A stretch of DNA of 49,244 bases. Origin: a virus (taxonomy: Duplodnaviria > Caudoviricetes). Below the pieces are notes generated by a model. That model was not told the DNA's origin. It saw only the letters and a program-made list of their open reading frames with translations, and searched no databases. Positions 1-9,840 of this stretch are shown here, piece after piece (position 1 is the stretch's first letter; each line of letters opens with the position of its first letter). The DNA lies in IMG/VR virus record IMGVR_UViG_3300006169_000024, positions 1-49,244 of that record. The stretch is one strand, 5' to 3'. The translations under genes were made by a program, and so were the position numbers.

Positions 1-87
1 AGCCCACCCCGGACGAGATCCTCTACGCTCAGAAGTGGGGGATGCCGGTGCAGGACTTCATGGCCTGGAAGCGTGGTGTGCAGCAGA
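1..87. repeat. Terminal direct repeat (87 bp), identical to 49158-49244; most likely the assembly overlap of a circular contig
   Basis: Base-by-base identity agcccacccc...gtgcagcaga at both ends; an ORF reads in frame through the junction. Confidence 0.95.
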
Positions 88-116
88 CGCAGCCTCAGCA
101 GGGTGGTGGCTGGTGA
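1..116 (+). CDS. C-terminal end of the scaffolding protein (continues from 48134 across the junction)
   Basis: In frame with ATG 48134; ...PTPDEILYAQKWGMPVQDFMAWKRGVQQTQPQQGGGW, TGA at 114-116. Confidence 0.75.
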   Translation, partial: PTPDEILYAQKWGMPVQDFMAWKRGVQQTQPQQGGGW

Positions 117-139
117 GCCCGCGCGGGGAGGTCGAGATC

Positions 140-499
140 ATGGCGGACTCGCAGGAAGCACTCCTGCTCGATCCGTCAACGCTCGACAAAACGAAGCACT
201 ACAGGTGGGTGCAGCCTCACTTCGTGGCGAAGCGGCGGGCTCAGGGCTACGAAGTGGTGCTGCGGAGTGTGCACAAGGTGAAGATGCTCACCGACTCGCT
301 GGATCTCGACACACCTGAGGACCAGATCAAGTACAACGACTGCATCCTCATGATGTGCCCCCTCGGGTACTTCAGAGAAAGGAGGAAGCGCAACAAGCAG
401 CTGACCGACCTTCGCCTCACAGGGCCGGAGGAGAGGTTCAAGAGCCAAGCCCGCAAGAGCGGGGTGCGTACACTCACCGGAGATGATGAGGAGGATTAA
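140..499 (+). CDS. Head-module hypothetical protein (119 aa)
   Basis: GGAGG RBS before ATG 140; lies between scaffold and capsid genes; HYRWV...GYE...D.ILM pattern. Confidence 0.65.
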   Translation: MADSQEALLLDPSTLDKTKHYRWVQPHFVAKRRAQGYEVVLRSVHKVKMLTDSLDLDTPEDQIKYNDCILMMCPLGYFRERRKRNKQLTDLRLTGPEERFKSQARKSGVRTLTGDDEED

Positions 500-500
500 C

Positions 501-971
501 ATGAGCTTCAAGCTGGCACGGCCGCGTGGGCATACCATTCCGCCTACGAGGAACTTCCCCCTGGCGGCAGGTGCTGCCTTCGAGATCGGTGCACTGCTCG
601 TGCGTGACGCCAATGGCGCGTGGGCTGAGTGCGGCGCCGATCCGGCCAGCATCGGGGGCGTCGCGGAGGCTCCGGCGGGCACCGACACCAGCGGGTTCAT
701 CCGCACCGGGAAGCGTGAGTTCCCCCCGGGCTACATGCAGGCCACCCTGGTACAGGGCGAGGTGCCGTTCCTCGCGCGCTATGTCGGCACCCTGCCGGCG
801 GCCAACGGCGGCTCCTACGGAGTCGTCCGTGACACCGATGGGCTGTGGAAGGTGGACTTCAGCGACACCACCGCCACTCGGGTGAAGCTCACCGGCAGGC
901 GGACGGACGCCCCGGAGAACCTGGCGCTGGTGGAGGTGGTATTCCTGGCGGCGAACGTGCAGATCATCTAA
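501..971 (+). CDS. Probable capsid decoration/minor head protein (156 aa)
   Basis: GAGGAGG RBS; Gly/Ala-rich, beta-type sequence directly upstream of the MCP. Confidence 0.55.
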   Translation: MSFKLARPRGHTIPPTRNFPLAAGAAFEIGALLVRDANGAWAECGADPASIGGVAEAPAGTDTSGFIRTGKREFPPGYMQATLVQGEVPFLARYVGTLPAANGGSYGVVRDTDGLWKVDFSDTTATRVKLTGRRTDAPENLALVEVVFLAANVQII

Positions 972-1009
972 GGGGCGTAGTCCCCACAACCATCTTCGAG
1001 GAGGAGACT

Positions 1010-1912
1010 ATGCCCATCGTCAGGGGCCAGTACGCAGAGAACCTCGCGCCAGGCCTCAACATGCGGACCTTCAACGCCTATCGCGAGCGGGCGGAGATCT
1101 ACCCGTCCATCGTGAACGTCAAGACCACCAACCGCGCCTTCGAGGAGGACTACGCGCAGGGCGGCTTCGGGCCGCTGGCGGAGAAGGGCGAGCTGGAGTC
1201 TACGATCCTGGACGAGCCCATCCGGCTGGGTGGCGTTCGGTTCTACCCGAAGAGCTACGCCCTCGGGTTCGTCATGTCGGAGGAGATGAGGGAGGACGAC
1301 CAGTACAACCTCATGGGTGACCTGGCCGCCAACCTCGGGCGCAGCGCGCGGTACACCGCGGAGCTGTACGGCCACGACGTCTACAACAACGCTTTCACCA
1401 CGGCGAAGTACGCTGGCCGTGACGGGAAGGCGCTGATCGCCACCGACCACCCTGTGGTGGGCACCGGAGGCACCGCCTCCAATCGCCCCAACGTGGACGT
1501 GGATCTCTCCCAGGCGGCCCTCGAAGCGGCGTGGGGGAACTTCCAGACCCAGATCGACGACAGGGGCATGCCCATCGACCTGACGCCGCAGGTGCTGCTG
1601 GTGCATCCCACCCAGGTGCTTTTCGCCCGTCGGCTGCTGGAGTCCACCCAGTATCCGGGCGGCAACAACAACGACATCAACCCGATCCAGGGGATGCTGC
1701 GCATCGTACCTTCCGTGTACCTCACGGATCTCGATGCGTGGTATATCCTGGCGGCGCCGTCGGAGATCGACGTCCGGTTCTACTGGCGGAAGCGCCCTGA
1801 CACCCGTACCTGGGACGACAACGACGCTGACGCCACGTTCCACAAGATCAAGCAGCGTCACGCTGTTGGGTTCGGTGACTGGCGCGGGGTCTACGGCTCC
1901 ACGGGCGCCTAG
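1010..1912 (+). CDS. Major capsid protein (HK97 fold, Mu gpT-like family, 300 aa)
   Basis: GAGGAGGAG RBS; MPIVRGQYAENLAPGL start, FEED..GFG.L.EK.E, DGKALIATDHP, LLVHP, YLTD.DAWY, GFGDWRGVYGSTGA end; downstream hairpin. Confidence 0.85.
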   Translation: MPIVRGQYAENLAPGLNMRTFNAYRERAEIYPSIVNVKTTNRAFEEDYAQGGFGPLAEKGELESTILDEPIRLGGVRFYPKSYALGFVMSEEMREDDQYNLMGDLAANLGRSARYTAELYGHDVYNNAFTTAKYAGRDGKALIATDHPVVGTGGTASNRPNVDVDLSQAALEAAWGNFQTQIDDRGMPIDLTPQVLLVHPTQVLFARRLLESTQYPGGNNNDINPIQGMLRIVPSVYLTDLDAWYILAAPSEIDVRFYWRKRPDTRTWDDNDADATFHKIKQRHAVGFGDWRGVYGSTGA

Positions 1913-1919
1913 TCGCGGC

Positions 1920-1951
1920 GGCGGGGAGGGGGCGCTCCCCTTCGCCTTATT
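1920..1951 (+). terminator. Imperfect GC hairpin after the MCP gene, running into motif copy 1
   Basis: ggcggggag-ggggcg-ctccccttcgcc followed by ttatt. Confidence 0.45.
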
Positions 1952-1966
1952 ACAAATTGCAAAAAG
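1946..1966. promoter_or_regulatory. 21-bp palindromic motif, copy 1
   Basis: cttattacaaattgcaaaaag, abuts the RBS of gene 1976. Confidence 0.8.
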
Positions 1967-1975
1967 GGGGAGTCG

Positions 1976-2233
1976 ATGGCCAGGAGAAGCTGCGCACTGA
2001 TTGGTACGGGTGCGGGACCGAAGGTGCATGTGCGCGGAAGCGCTGCGGCGAAGGTGTCAGGGCTACACGACGGCGAGAGGTGTGTGGTGCGCCGCTTCAG
2101 TGCTAGTGGTCATATCGACTCCCGGTTTCTGGACCAGAATGATACGCACTTTCTGGGCTCGTGCGATTTCGTGGAGGTGGAGTACAGCGGCAAGAACAAG
2201 CACTTTTCCTGCGTTATCTTGATCGGAGTCTGA
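1976..2233 (+). CDS. Hypothetical protein (85 aa)
   Basis: GGGGAG RBS; fills the gap between MCP and adaptor genes. Confidence 0.55.
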   Translation: MARRSCALIGTGAGPKVHVRGSAAAKVSGLHDGERCVVRRFSASGHIDSRFLDQNDTHFLGSCDFVEVEYSGKNKHFSCVILIGV

Positions 2234-2234
2234 A

Positions 2235-2993
2235 ATGCCCTTCACGATTCTAGATCCTACGGCTGCCGCGGCGGCGCCAGTCACCACGCAGGGATCGCCG
2301 CTGACCTCACAGGGCTACACGCTGGACGCCTTTCACAAGGAACTGCAGCTTCTGTTGCAGGACCGTGACGATGTAGACACGCCGCAGCTCACCTCATGGA
2401 TCAACCAGTCGTATACTGACGTTTGCACCAGCATCGACCTGGATGAGCTGAAGGGCAGTATTGCCATTACCCTGGTTGCGGGGCAGGCTCTCTACAGGCT
2501 CCCCTACGTGGTGAGCCATGTGCTAGGGGCAGCGATTGTGCTGCCTACGACTGTGAACGTCAATGGAGGGTATCCGTTGGATAAGGGCGATCTTTCGTCC
2601 TACAGGGCACTGATGGAGGAGTCGGGCGACCCTGAGTTTTTCTTCAGGCATGGCGACATGCTGGTGTTCTGGCCGACGCCCGATGCGGCCAGGACAGTGG
2701 CGGTGGACTTCAGGCTGCGGCCGGTGTGGATGACTGACCTTACGCACAGTCCGCTGCTGGGCCTGGAGTGGCACGAGGTGATTCTGCTGGGCGCGCGGTA
2801 CAGGGGTTTCAGCGCCAACCTGGAGTGGGACAAAGCGGTTCCGGCGGAGCAGGAATACCTGAGGCTGCTGCGGCGCCGGACCAACCGGGAGGCGACGGAG
2901 CACGAGGGGCGGGTGGTGCTTTCGTCTGTGCCGAGGAGGCTGGAGGATGTTCGGCGGCGCGTGGTGAGGCGCTCTTCGCTGGAGCCTGAGTAA
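2235..2993 (+). CDS. Head-tail adaptor / tail tubular protein A-like
   Basis: Position after MCP; WINQSY, LVAGQALYRLP, FWPTPD, WHEVILLGA patterns typical of podovirus adaptors. Confidence 0.6.
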   Translation: MPFTILDPTAAAAAPVTTQGSPLTSQGYTLDAFHKELQLLLQDRDDVDTPQLTSWINQSYTDVCTSIDLDELKGSIAITLVAGQALYRLPYVVSHVLGAAIVLPTTVNVNGGYPLDKGDLSSYRALMEESGDPEFFFRHGDMLVFWPTPDAARTVAVDFRLRPVWMTDLTHSPLLGLEWHEVILLGARYRGFSANLEWDKAVPAEQEYLRLLRRRTNREATEHEGRVVLSSVPRRLEDVRRRVVRRSSLEPE

Positions 2994-4708
2994 TGGCAAA
3001 CTACAGGAGAGACCTTGGCCGAGGGGGCTACGGCACCTACGGCGAAGGGCAGCGACTTGACCCAGAGACGCTGCCCAAGCTTGAGTGGGACACCTACAAC
3101 AGCTTCAAGGGTGGCTACAACAGCAGCGACTCGCGTCAAAACACGCCTGCTGGCTTTAGTCCCTATAGCTGTGACGTGGAGGTGACGGCGAACGACAGGC
3201 TGCGTCGTGCTCCGGGGGTGCTGGTGGCGGAGGCGCTGCCGGGGCATAGCCCTGTGCAGATGGTGATGCACACCAGCCTGGGCTATGTGCCGGAGCTTCT
3301 ACTTTTTGATCCGCCCTACATGGGCATCAGGGGGGCAAGCGGCGCAACTACGTGGTACAACGTCGGGCTTCCAGCGGCGCCGCGGGGCTTCGCCCACACG
3401 CACTTTGGGGAGGAGCTGATATTTTCCAGTGGAGCGGGGTCGGTTTACAGGAGGCTTCCGGGAGGTACCGCGCTTACGGCGCTACCGCAGGCGCCTCCGG
3501 CAGAAACCTACGCCACGTTTGGCTCCAGGGTGTTCGCTGGCAATGTACTGTCGGGCGGGACGCAGGAGCCGCTGGGCATCATGTGGAGTGCTGCGAACAG
3601 CGACTCCGGAGACTGGAGTGGCAGTGGCAGCTCTTACGAGCTGCTGGTAAGCAACACAGGGGCGCACGAGAAGATTGTGGCGATGCTTCCGCTGAGCTTC
3701 GACATCATGGCTATCATGTGTCGGCACAGCGTGTGGGTGGGTCTGCGAACGGGGCAGCTGGAGCGACCTGCTGATTTCCAGGCACGGAAGGCTGCGGGGG
3801 CCATTCACGACAGGGCGTGCGCCCTGGTGGGGCAGGCGGTAGCCTACCTGTCGGACGACGGTGTGAGGCTCTTCGACGGAAACGTGAGCAGCATAATTTC
3901 ACAGGAAATCAACGCCGATCTCCTTCCGTTGGACCAGGCAGCACTGGAGTCCTACGTGGTTTACTACCACGAGAAAACCCAGAAGCTCTATGTGCTGACG
4001 CCTGATGGTACCTGGATAAGGGACATGTTCTACCAGCGGTGGGAGAGGCGGTCGCTGGTGGCGAAGGATGCCTCGGTATATCCTACGTCGGTGACGATTG
4101 GGGGAGTGCCGCGCACGACGGACTTCTACAACCTGTTCTTCTTGCTGGACAACCAGGCTGCGGCGCGGGTGCTAGGGCTGGAGTCGCATGATGCAAGCGA
4201 CAACGCTGGCGTAGCCATGACGCCCCTGTGGGAGTTTCCACTGAAGCAGGGTAGGTATGGCACGCAGCTGGTGACGCACAGCCAGGCGATGCTCAACTAC
4301 AGCGGCGCAGGCAGCATCAAGCTCTATCATCCAGACACCGAGGGCGACTACGTAGAAACCAGAAGGGTTGAGCTGCCGACGGCAACGAACAGGTGGCTGA
4401 CCACAGGGCTCGGCGCCACTGGAACGGGGCTTGGCTCGAGGCTGGAGATTCTCGCCGGGGACGTGGAGGTTATTGAGCTTCAAACTGGATTTGTTGTCCG
4501 TGGTCCCAGGCGAGAGCGCCGGGTTCCGGCGTGGCCTACGGAGGTGGCACCTGGCGTCTACGAGCACACGACCTCCGACACGAGGGACGCGGAGTGGATG
4601 TACGACAGCGCTACGGGTCACTACGTGCTCACGCCTTCGGAGCTGGTCCCGCCCGATGCAGTGGTTGCCAGGCTCGCCCTTGTGGGTAACACCGTCCAGG
4701 AGTATTGA
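2993..4708 (+). CDS. Tail tubular protein B / nozzle-like (571 aa)
   Basis: TAATG coupling to the adaptor gene; beta-propeller-like repeats (F.SRVFAG, IMWS, YLSDDGVRLFDG, ISQEI). Confidence 0.6.
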   Translation: MANYRRDLGRGGYGTYGEGQRLDPETLPKLEWDTYNSFKGGYNSSDSRQNTPAGFSPYSCDVEVTANDRLRRAPGVLVAEALPGHSPVQMVMHTSLGYVPELLLFDPPYMGIRGASGATTWYNVGLPAAPRGFAHTHFGEELIFSSGAGSVYRRLPGGTALTALPQAPPAETYATFGSRVFAGNVLSGGTQEPLGIMWSAANSDSGDWSGSGSSYELLVSNTGAHEKIVAMLPLSFDIMAIMCRHSVWVGLRTGQLERPADFQARKAAGAIHDRACALVGQAVAYLSDDGVRLFDGNVSSIISQEINADLLPLDQAALESYVVYYHEKTQKLYVLTPDGTWIRDMFYQRWERRSLVAKDASVYPTSVTIGGVPRTTDFYNLFFLLDNQAAARVLGLESHDASDNAGVAMTPLWEFPLKQGRYGTQLVTHSQAMLNYSGAGSIKLYHPDTEGDYVETRRVELPTATNRWLTTGLGATGTGLGSRLEILAGDVEVIELQTGFVVRGPRRERRVPAWPTEVAPGVYEHTTSDTRDAEWMYDSATGHYVLTPSELVPPDAVVARLALVGNTVQEY

Positions 4709-4710
4709 CT

Positions 4711-5190
4711 ATGAGTGACTTTCGGGGCACGACGCTGATAGCCGATACGGAGGTTTTTGCCCAGTCGAGCCTCAACGTGCGCCACTGGGATAACCTGCTG
4801 GGCAAGCCATCGACGTTCACGCCTACGGCGCACGCCCACGATGCAGGCGACATTACCACTGGGACGCTGGCCGACGCGCGACTCAGCGCGCTGATCCCAC
4901 GGCTCAACAGCACGAATACCTTCCAGCAGCGCCAGACGTTCCAGGACGGGGTGACGGTGACGGCCGGAACCATTCAGGCGCCGCAGAACACCTACTACGG
5001 GGCGCTGTCGCCCGGAGGGGTGTTCGTGGGGCTGATGAAGCTCAACGTCAACAGCCTGGAGCTGAACTGCAATACCCAGGCCCTTTCACTTGTGAACGCC
5101 AGCCTTGCGGCCACGGCCGGAGCGGTGGCAAACTATCTCAACGTGATCGTCGGCGGAACTCCCTACAAGGTAGCCCTGTTAGTACCATGA
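4711..5190 (+). CDS. Short tail-fibre-like protein
   Basis: WDNLLGKPSTFTPTAHAH..DITTGTL..ARL fibre motif with HxH. Confidence 0.55.
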   Translation: MSDFRGTTLIADTEVFAQSSLNVRHWDNLLGKPSTFTPTAHAHDAGDITTGTLADARLSALIPRLNSTNTFQQRQTFQDGVTVTAGTIQAPQNTYYGALSPGGVFVGLMKLNVNSLELNCNTQALSLVNASLAATAGAVANYLNVIVGGTPYKVALLVP

Positions 5191-5459
5191 ACCTGGAACT
5201 CAGTGTGCAGGAGAAGCTGGAGATCCTTGCTTCGCAGATCAAGCAGGCACGTGCGTCAGCCTTTGCGCAGGAAATGGAGGTGCTGTCACTGGAGGCACAG
5301 GTGCCAAAGCGAGGAACGGAGCGTCAACACCAGGACAACATTGAGGCTCGACGCAACGTGGCGCACAATGCGCTGCTCGGAGCCAAAGCGCTGGAGGCGG
5401 TGTTCTGTGAGCTGGAGGCTACCCTTCTCCCGGAGGTAATCAATGGCAGCGGTTCTTGA
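5187..5459 (+). CDS. Coiled-coil hypothetical protein (possible fibre chaperone)
   Basis: ATGA coupling; helical and E/Q/A-rich. Confidence 0.45.
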   Translation: MNLELSVQEKLEILASQIKQARASAFAQEMEVLSLEAQVPKRGTERQHQDNIEARRNVAHNALLGAKALEAVFCELEATLLPEVINGSGS

Positions 5460-5886
5460 AGGACTCCTGAAGAGGGAAATCCTGGAATGGCTCTTCCGGG
5501 GAGCGGCGGCGCCCAGCGTTACTGGCCCCTTCGTGGTGAGCCTACATACCGCCGATCCCGGGACTACGCGAGCCAATGAGGTGAGCACCGGGGTATGGAC
5601 AAACTACGCCAGGCAGAATCTGGCTCGCACGTCGGGTGGGTTCGCGGCGGCGGCCAACACTGGGGGTAACAACGAGCGGATCGGCACGGCAGGCGCGGCT
5701 CCGGACTTCGGTACGGCGACCATTGTAGGTACGGCCCCGGTTGTGACTCACGTTGAGGTGTGGGACAGCGCCGGCTCACCTCGACGGGTGGGCGGCATGG
5801 CGCTGACCACACCGCAGACGATCAACAACGGCAATCCTGTGAAGTTCAACGCCGCGGGAGACCTGAACTTCAACCTCAACGGGTGA
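5443..5886 (+). CDS. Tail-associated structural protein
   Basis: GGAGG RBS; VSLHTADPG..NEVS...YARQ pattern common in phage tail proteins. Confidence 0.55.
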   Translation: MAAVLEGLLKREILEWLFRGAAAPSVTGPFVVSLHTADPGTTRANEVSTGVWTNYARQNLARTSGGFAAAANTGGNNERIGTAGAAPDFGTATIVGTAPVVTHVEVWDSAGSPRRVGGMALTTPQTINNGNPVKFNAAGDLNFNLNG

Positions 5887-5893
5887 GGGCACA

Positions 5894-6253
5894 ATGGTCG
5901 AGATCATCTCCATGCCTACCAGTATGCGTCTGGGCGCCAATCGCAGCGCCCGTATAAGGGTGCCGGATGTAACTGGTGGACGGTTCATCCTGGATATTCT
6001 TCTCACGCCGGAGGACATCGTAGATCCTCGCAAGAGCGTGGTGTTCTCGATGCTGTGGCTGCGCGAGGACGGGGTGTGGGCGCAGTTCGCCTCCACAGAG
6101 TTCATCTGCGGACCGCACCACAATCCTACAGGTCCCAACTGGGAGGGCATCCAGCTGGAGACGACGGCGCCCTGGACCGGCGCGAAGGACATCAGCTTCG
6201 AAGTGGAACTGCCCGTGAAGATGCGGATTGGCGCTATCCTCAACCTGATGTAA
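5894..6253 (+). CDS. Hypothetical protein in the tail module
   Basis: GAGGG RBS; collinear packing with neighbours. Confidence 0.55.
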   Translation: MVEIISMPTSMRLGANRSARIRVPDVTGGRFILDILLTPEDIVDPRKSVVFSMLWLREDGVWAQFASTEFICGPHHNPTGPNWEGIQLETTAPWTGAKDISFEVELPVKMRIGAILNLM

Positions 6254-6257
6254 GCCA

Positions 6258-9200
6258 ATGCCTTCCTGGGTAGACGCGAGTCCTACGGGCGGCACCAGAG
6301 TCTCCAGCGGATCTTTCGTCGCCCACAATCACAACGTAGTCCAGCTCACCAACGATGTAGCGCTGGTTATCGAGGTCGGGATTGCTGACAGCAATTCGCG
6401 TAACGACGCTGCGGCGTCGGGCACTGGAGGGTACATTTCTGGCGTCACTGTGGGTACGGTGCCCAACCAGGTAGCTGCGCAGCGCTGGATTCGCAAGAAC
6501 GGCCAGAATAACATCAGCGACACACAGTGGGCGTCGGAGATCTGGATTGCTAAAGGCCTCGGAGGTCTGGGTGCTACCGGCAATCACGAGGTGCGAGTCA
6601 CTGCTTCTGCGTCGATGGAGCTTTTTCTCGCCTCGCGACTGGCGGAGAGTGTAGATCAGTCAACGCCCGTGGGCGATGCGCAGATCATGCCGGCTAACGG
6701 CACTTCGATTGCGCTGCCAAGTGTCACACTGACGACACAGGTGGGCGACCTACTGATTGGGTTGCTGATGATGAATGGCACAGGTGGTAGCTTCACCTGG
6801 ACCAGCCTCACGGAGTTCCTCAACTACACCTCCACCGACCAGCTTATCTCCGTAACGCGCGCTGCTACGGGCACCAGCGAGACGCTGAGTGCCAGCGCCC
6901 GCAGCGCCGGTGACGTTTTCAGCTTCGTTGGCGTGGCGCTGCGTGCACCTGCCGGGGGAGGGACGCCCAACAACCTTGAGGCTAGCGGAACCGTTGCGGT
7001 GGAGGGCAACGCCAACCTCACGGCGGAGAAGCTCCTTGGAGCTTCGGGCGAAGTCCTCCTGACTGGCGCCGCGGCGCTGCAGGTAGACAAGCGACTTGCG
7101 GCTTCCGGAGAAGTGCTCGTAGAGGGCAACGCCAATCTCAGCATCATCCCCAGCGTCAACCTGGCAGCGTCCGGTACGGTGCTTGTACAGGGCAACGCCC
7201 TCCTCCAGAAGGAAGTGAGGCTTGTCGCGGCGGGCAGCGTCAGCGTTGGTGGCGCCGCGGAGCTTGTGGCTGGCGCCGCGGAGGAGGCGGAGATCTACCG
7301 CTTGGATCTCCCACTTCGTGACCTGAAGGATCTCTACATTGGTGCAGACCTGACGGTCAGGAAGGTCAACGAGGTCATTGAGCGGTTCAACGGCCTCGGC
7401 AATGGGCGGATTGCTGCCCTGGAGGAGCTACTTGCTGGACTGTCGCGCGACGACACAGATTTTGTTTTCAACAACAGGATCTACGCGCCCGATATCCTGG
7501 TGTCGAGGCCCCGTCTCGATGGTAGACGTTTTGTGGAGGCCGGAGCGGGGAGCCAGACTTTGGGCCTTATCGCAGCCATCCAGGCAGCCTACAGCACCCG
7601 GTCGCGCCTTATCCTTCCGGGCGCCGATGAGCCCTACTGGATCGGGGACATGGCCTGGGTACAGAACATCACCGATCACGTAGTGATCGAGGGTGACGGC
7701 CAGGGCATGACAGAGCTGAAGCTCCTTGACGGGGCCACCACCCTCAGCGGATTTGGACTTCTGCGGCTTGATCCTTCAGTCGATGGGATCGTGATTCTCC
7801 TGGAGAACATCACACTCAACTCGAACTTCACCGGGAATCCCCTGCGGCTGTACCTGGCAAGTGGCTCTGCCCCCAGCGCCTACACTATCGGGGAGACCAT
7901 CACGAACCTAGACTTCCCGACACGCACTGCAACTGTCCGGAGCATCGGGTCGAACTACCTGGGGATTGAGTTCCCCCCTCTCCAGGGCAACACCTACGAG
8001 TTCGACGTAGGAAACACCATCCTGGGCAGCACCTCCGGGGCTTCGTCAGTAGTGCTCAGTGGGCACCCCACAGATTTCACCAAGGGACTCAACCCTTACT
8101 CGTGGGAGTCTAGCGCCAACCTTCGCTTCGGCGGCAACCGGCTACTCAGCGCACAGCTGCACAACGTAGAGTGCCTTGACCAGATCGGGGATGCCATCAC
8201 GCCTGGCGGTGTGAAGGAAATGATCCTGGATCGGGTGCGCGTTCGCGAGGCGGATAAGTCACCCCGCAGCGGAATGACGCTAGCCACTCAGTTCGGCCGG
8301 GTGATGCTCAACGACTGCAACTGGGACCAGCAGCTCAGCGTGGAAAGTGCTGGTACAGGCATCACGGCGCCGGAGGAGGACTTCGTGGTTACGGCCAGCA
8401 ACTGCTTCTTCAAGTCACTAAACCTAAGCTTCGCTCGTGTGACTACGAAGGGAACCAGTGAGGCTCGTTTCCAGGGGTGCTCCATCGGTGAGATCCATTC
8501 CTTCGGTCGCTGGCCGGTTTCGTTCAAGCAGTGCATCGTTCGCCCCACTCGACAGATCAGCGTTACGGGAGGAATTGACGAGGCCGTCTTCGACAGGTGT
8601 ACGTTCCTCGTCCCGGCGGGCTTCACGCAGCTAACGGGCACCACAGTTTTTGCCATGTACACCTTCTCCACCAATGGCAAAAACAAGGTGGCTTTCAACA
8701 GGAATAGGTTCCTGTGCGACTCGACGGTGGCGCTGGACTACTTCATCGACGCCATCAACTGCAGAGAGCAGCTCAAGTTTGTTGGCAACGATTTCCTTGC
8801 AGCCCATGTGCCGCCCCTGCGATTTGAGCAGCGGGGAGACCAGCTCGACCGGCTGATCATTGTAGGCAACCACTGCTTCTATGCCCCGGCCTCGGGTGCG
8901 GCGGTGCCGCAGAACTTTAACTTCGCGCAGCACTGGTCGCGCAGCGACGGTCAGGCGCGTGAGCCGATCACGATTGAGGACAACCACGTCTACGGTGAGT
9001 TCGCCACGCTGACCAACATACTGCCCACTTGGAGCGGGTACATAGCGGGGCACTATGCTCGCATGTGGCTGAAGCGCAACAAGCACCGACATGCCAGCGG
9101 CCAGCTCTACAACCTTCCCACAGGCGCGGCGCTGACTCACATAGCGCCGCCGCATGGCGCAGGGGTACGGATGCGGCTTCTCTCCCTGGACGACGTTGAG

Positions 9201-9383
9201 GTGTCGGCTATGCCGACTGCAGGTTCGTGGGTTAATGGCCAGCGGGCGTTCAGCTTGGCGCCCACTCTCCAGGGTGTCAGCCCGAACCAGTACGTTGTGT
9301 CTGCGTGGCTGCGCCTCGTCACTGGCACCAATCACGTACTCAACACTGATTGGGTTGAAATGCGGCAGCTCACCGGAACTTGA
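6258..9383 (+). CDS. Tailspike/tail fibre with probable right-handed beta-helix (depolymerase-like) domain, 1041 aa
   Basis: AIQAA...LILPG...VIEGDG.G.T.LK beta-helix entry, Asn/Cys ladder (GNDF, GNHC, DNHV); five ~20-aa stalk repeats. Confidence 0.7.
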   Translation: MPSWVDASPTGGTRVSSGSFVAHNHNVVQLTNDVALVIEVGIADSNSRNDAAASGTGGYISGVTVGTVPNQVAAQRWIRKNGQNNISDTQWASEIWIAKGLGGLGATGNHEVRVTASASMELFLASRLAESVDQSTPVGDAQIMPANGTSIALPSVTLTTQVGDLLIGLLMMNGTGGSFTWTSLTEFLNYTSTDQLISVTRAATGTSETLSASARSAGDVFSFVGVALRAPAGGGTPNNLEASGTVAVEGNANLTAEKLLGASGEVLLTGAAALQVDKRLAASGEVLVEGNANLSIIPSVNLAASGTVLVQGNALLQKEVRLVAAGSVSVGGAAELVAGAAEEAEIYRLDLPLRDLKDLYIGADLTVRKVNEVIERFNGLGNGRIAALEELLAGLSRDDTDFVFNNRIYAPDILVSRPRLDGRRFVEAGAGSQTLGLIAAIQAAYSTRSRLILPGADEPYWIGDMAWVQNITDHVVIEGDGQGMTELKLLDGATTLSGFGLLRLDPSVDGIVILLENITLNSNFTGNPLRLYLASGSAPSAYTIGETITNLDFPTRTATVRSIGSNYLGIEFPPLQGNTYEFDVGNTILGSTSGASSVVLSGHPTDFTKGLNPYSWESSANLRFGGNRLLSAQLHNVECLDQIGDAITPGGVKEMILDRVRVREADKSPRSGMTLATQFGRVMLNDCNWDQQLSVESAGTGITAPEEDFVVTASNCFFKSLNLSFARVTTKGTSEARFQGCSIGEIHSFGRWPVSFKQCIVRPTRQISVTGGIDEAVFDRCTFLVPAGFTQLTGTTVFAMYTFSTNGKNKVAFNRNRFLCDSTVALDYFIDAINCREQLKFVGNDFLAAHVPPLRFEQRGDQLDRLIIVGNHCFYAPASGAAVPQNFNFAQHWSRSDGQAREPITIEDNHVYGEFATLTNILPTWSGYIAGHYARMWLKRNKHRHASGQLYNLPTGAALTHIAPPHGAGVRMRLLSLDDVEVSAMPTAGSWVNGQRAFSLAPTLQGVSPNQYVVSAWLRLVTGTNHVLNTDWVEMRQLTGT
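6970..7280 (+). repeat. Five tandem 20-22 aa repeats in the tailspike (L.ASG.V.V.G.A.L)
   Basis: NLEASGTVAVEGNANL / LLGASGEVLLTGAAAL / RLAASGEVLVEGNANL / NLAASGTVLVQGNALL / RLVAAGSVSVGGAAEL; DNA agggcaacgcc recurs three times. Confidence 0.85.
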
Positions 9384-9384
9384 C

Positions 9385-9405
9385 CTTTTTACAAATTGTA
9401 AAAAG
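9385..9405. promoter_or_regulatory. 21-bp palindromic motif, copy 2
   Basis: ctttttacaaattgtaaaaag (perfect arms), immediately followed by ATG 9406. Confidence 0.85.
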
Positions 9406-9840
9406 ATGAACGTGACGTGCAGCGTTATTGGCAAGCCTAGGGTGAGGCTGCTGTGGCCTCTGGTGGCGCCTGGTGTGGAGCACTACAGGGAGAAGTCTCC
9501 ACACCACACGCCTCCGGAGGAGGAATTGCTGCAGTGGCTGGAGTCGCCAGAAGGCGATGAGCTTTTTGTTTTCACGGCTGACGCACGCTACGCCGGGTTT
9601 GTTACTTTTCGGGTTCAGCGGTTGGACGATGAAGTCTGGGGTACGATTGCCATGATCTACGTGCAGCCGGAGTTCCAGGGAGGTGACGTGCTGCCGCAGG
9701 TAGTGCAGGCACTGGAAGTGGAGCTTCGCTCACGAGGCGCGACGGTGATGAACTACATGACAAAGAGGCCAGGGTTTCGTAGGTTGGCGCCTAGGCTGGG
9801 CTTCCAGCCCCGAATCATCGAGTGGATGAAGGAGCTATAA
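9406..9840 (+). CDS. GNAT-family acetyltransferase-like protein
   Basis: YAGFV...IAMIYVQPEFQG...RLGF; position before internal virion proteins, as in many podoviruses. Confidence 0.65.
   Translation: MNVTCSVIGKPRVRLLWPLVAPGVEHYREKSPHHTPPEEELLQWLESPEGDELFVFTADARYAGFVTFRVQRLDDEVWGTIAMIYVQPEFQGGDVLPQVVQALEVELRSRGATVMNYMTKRPGFRRLAPRLGFQPRIIEWMKEL

Noticed and set aside
1-87. 87-bp terminal repeat as a biological DTR
   Set aside because: It falls in the middle of the scaffold CDS, so it is best explained as assembler overlap. Physical ends more plausibly lie near 41.9-42.4 kb.
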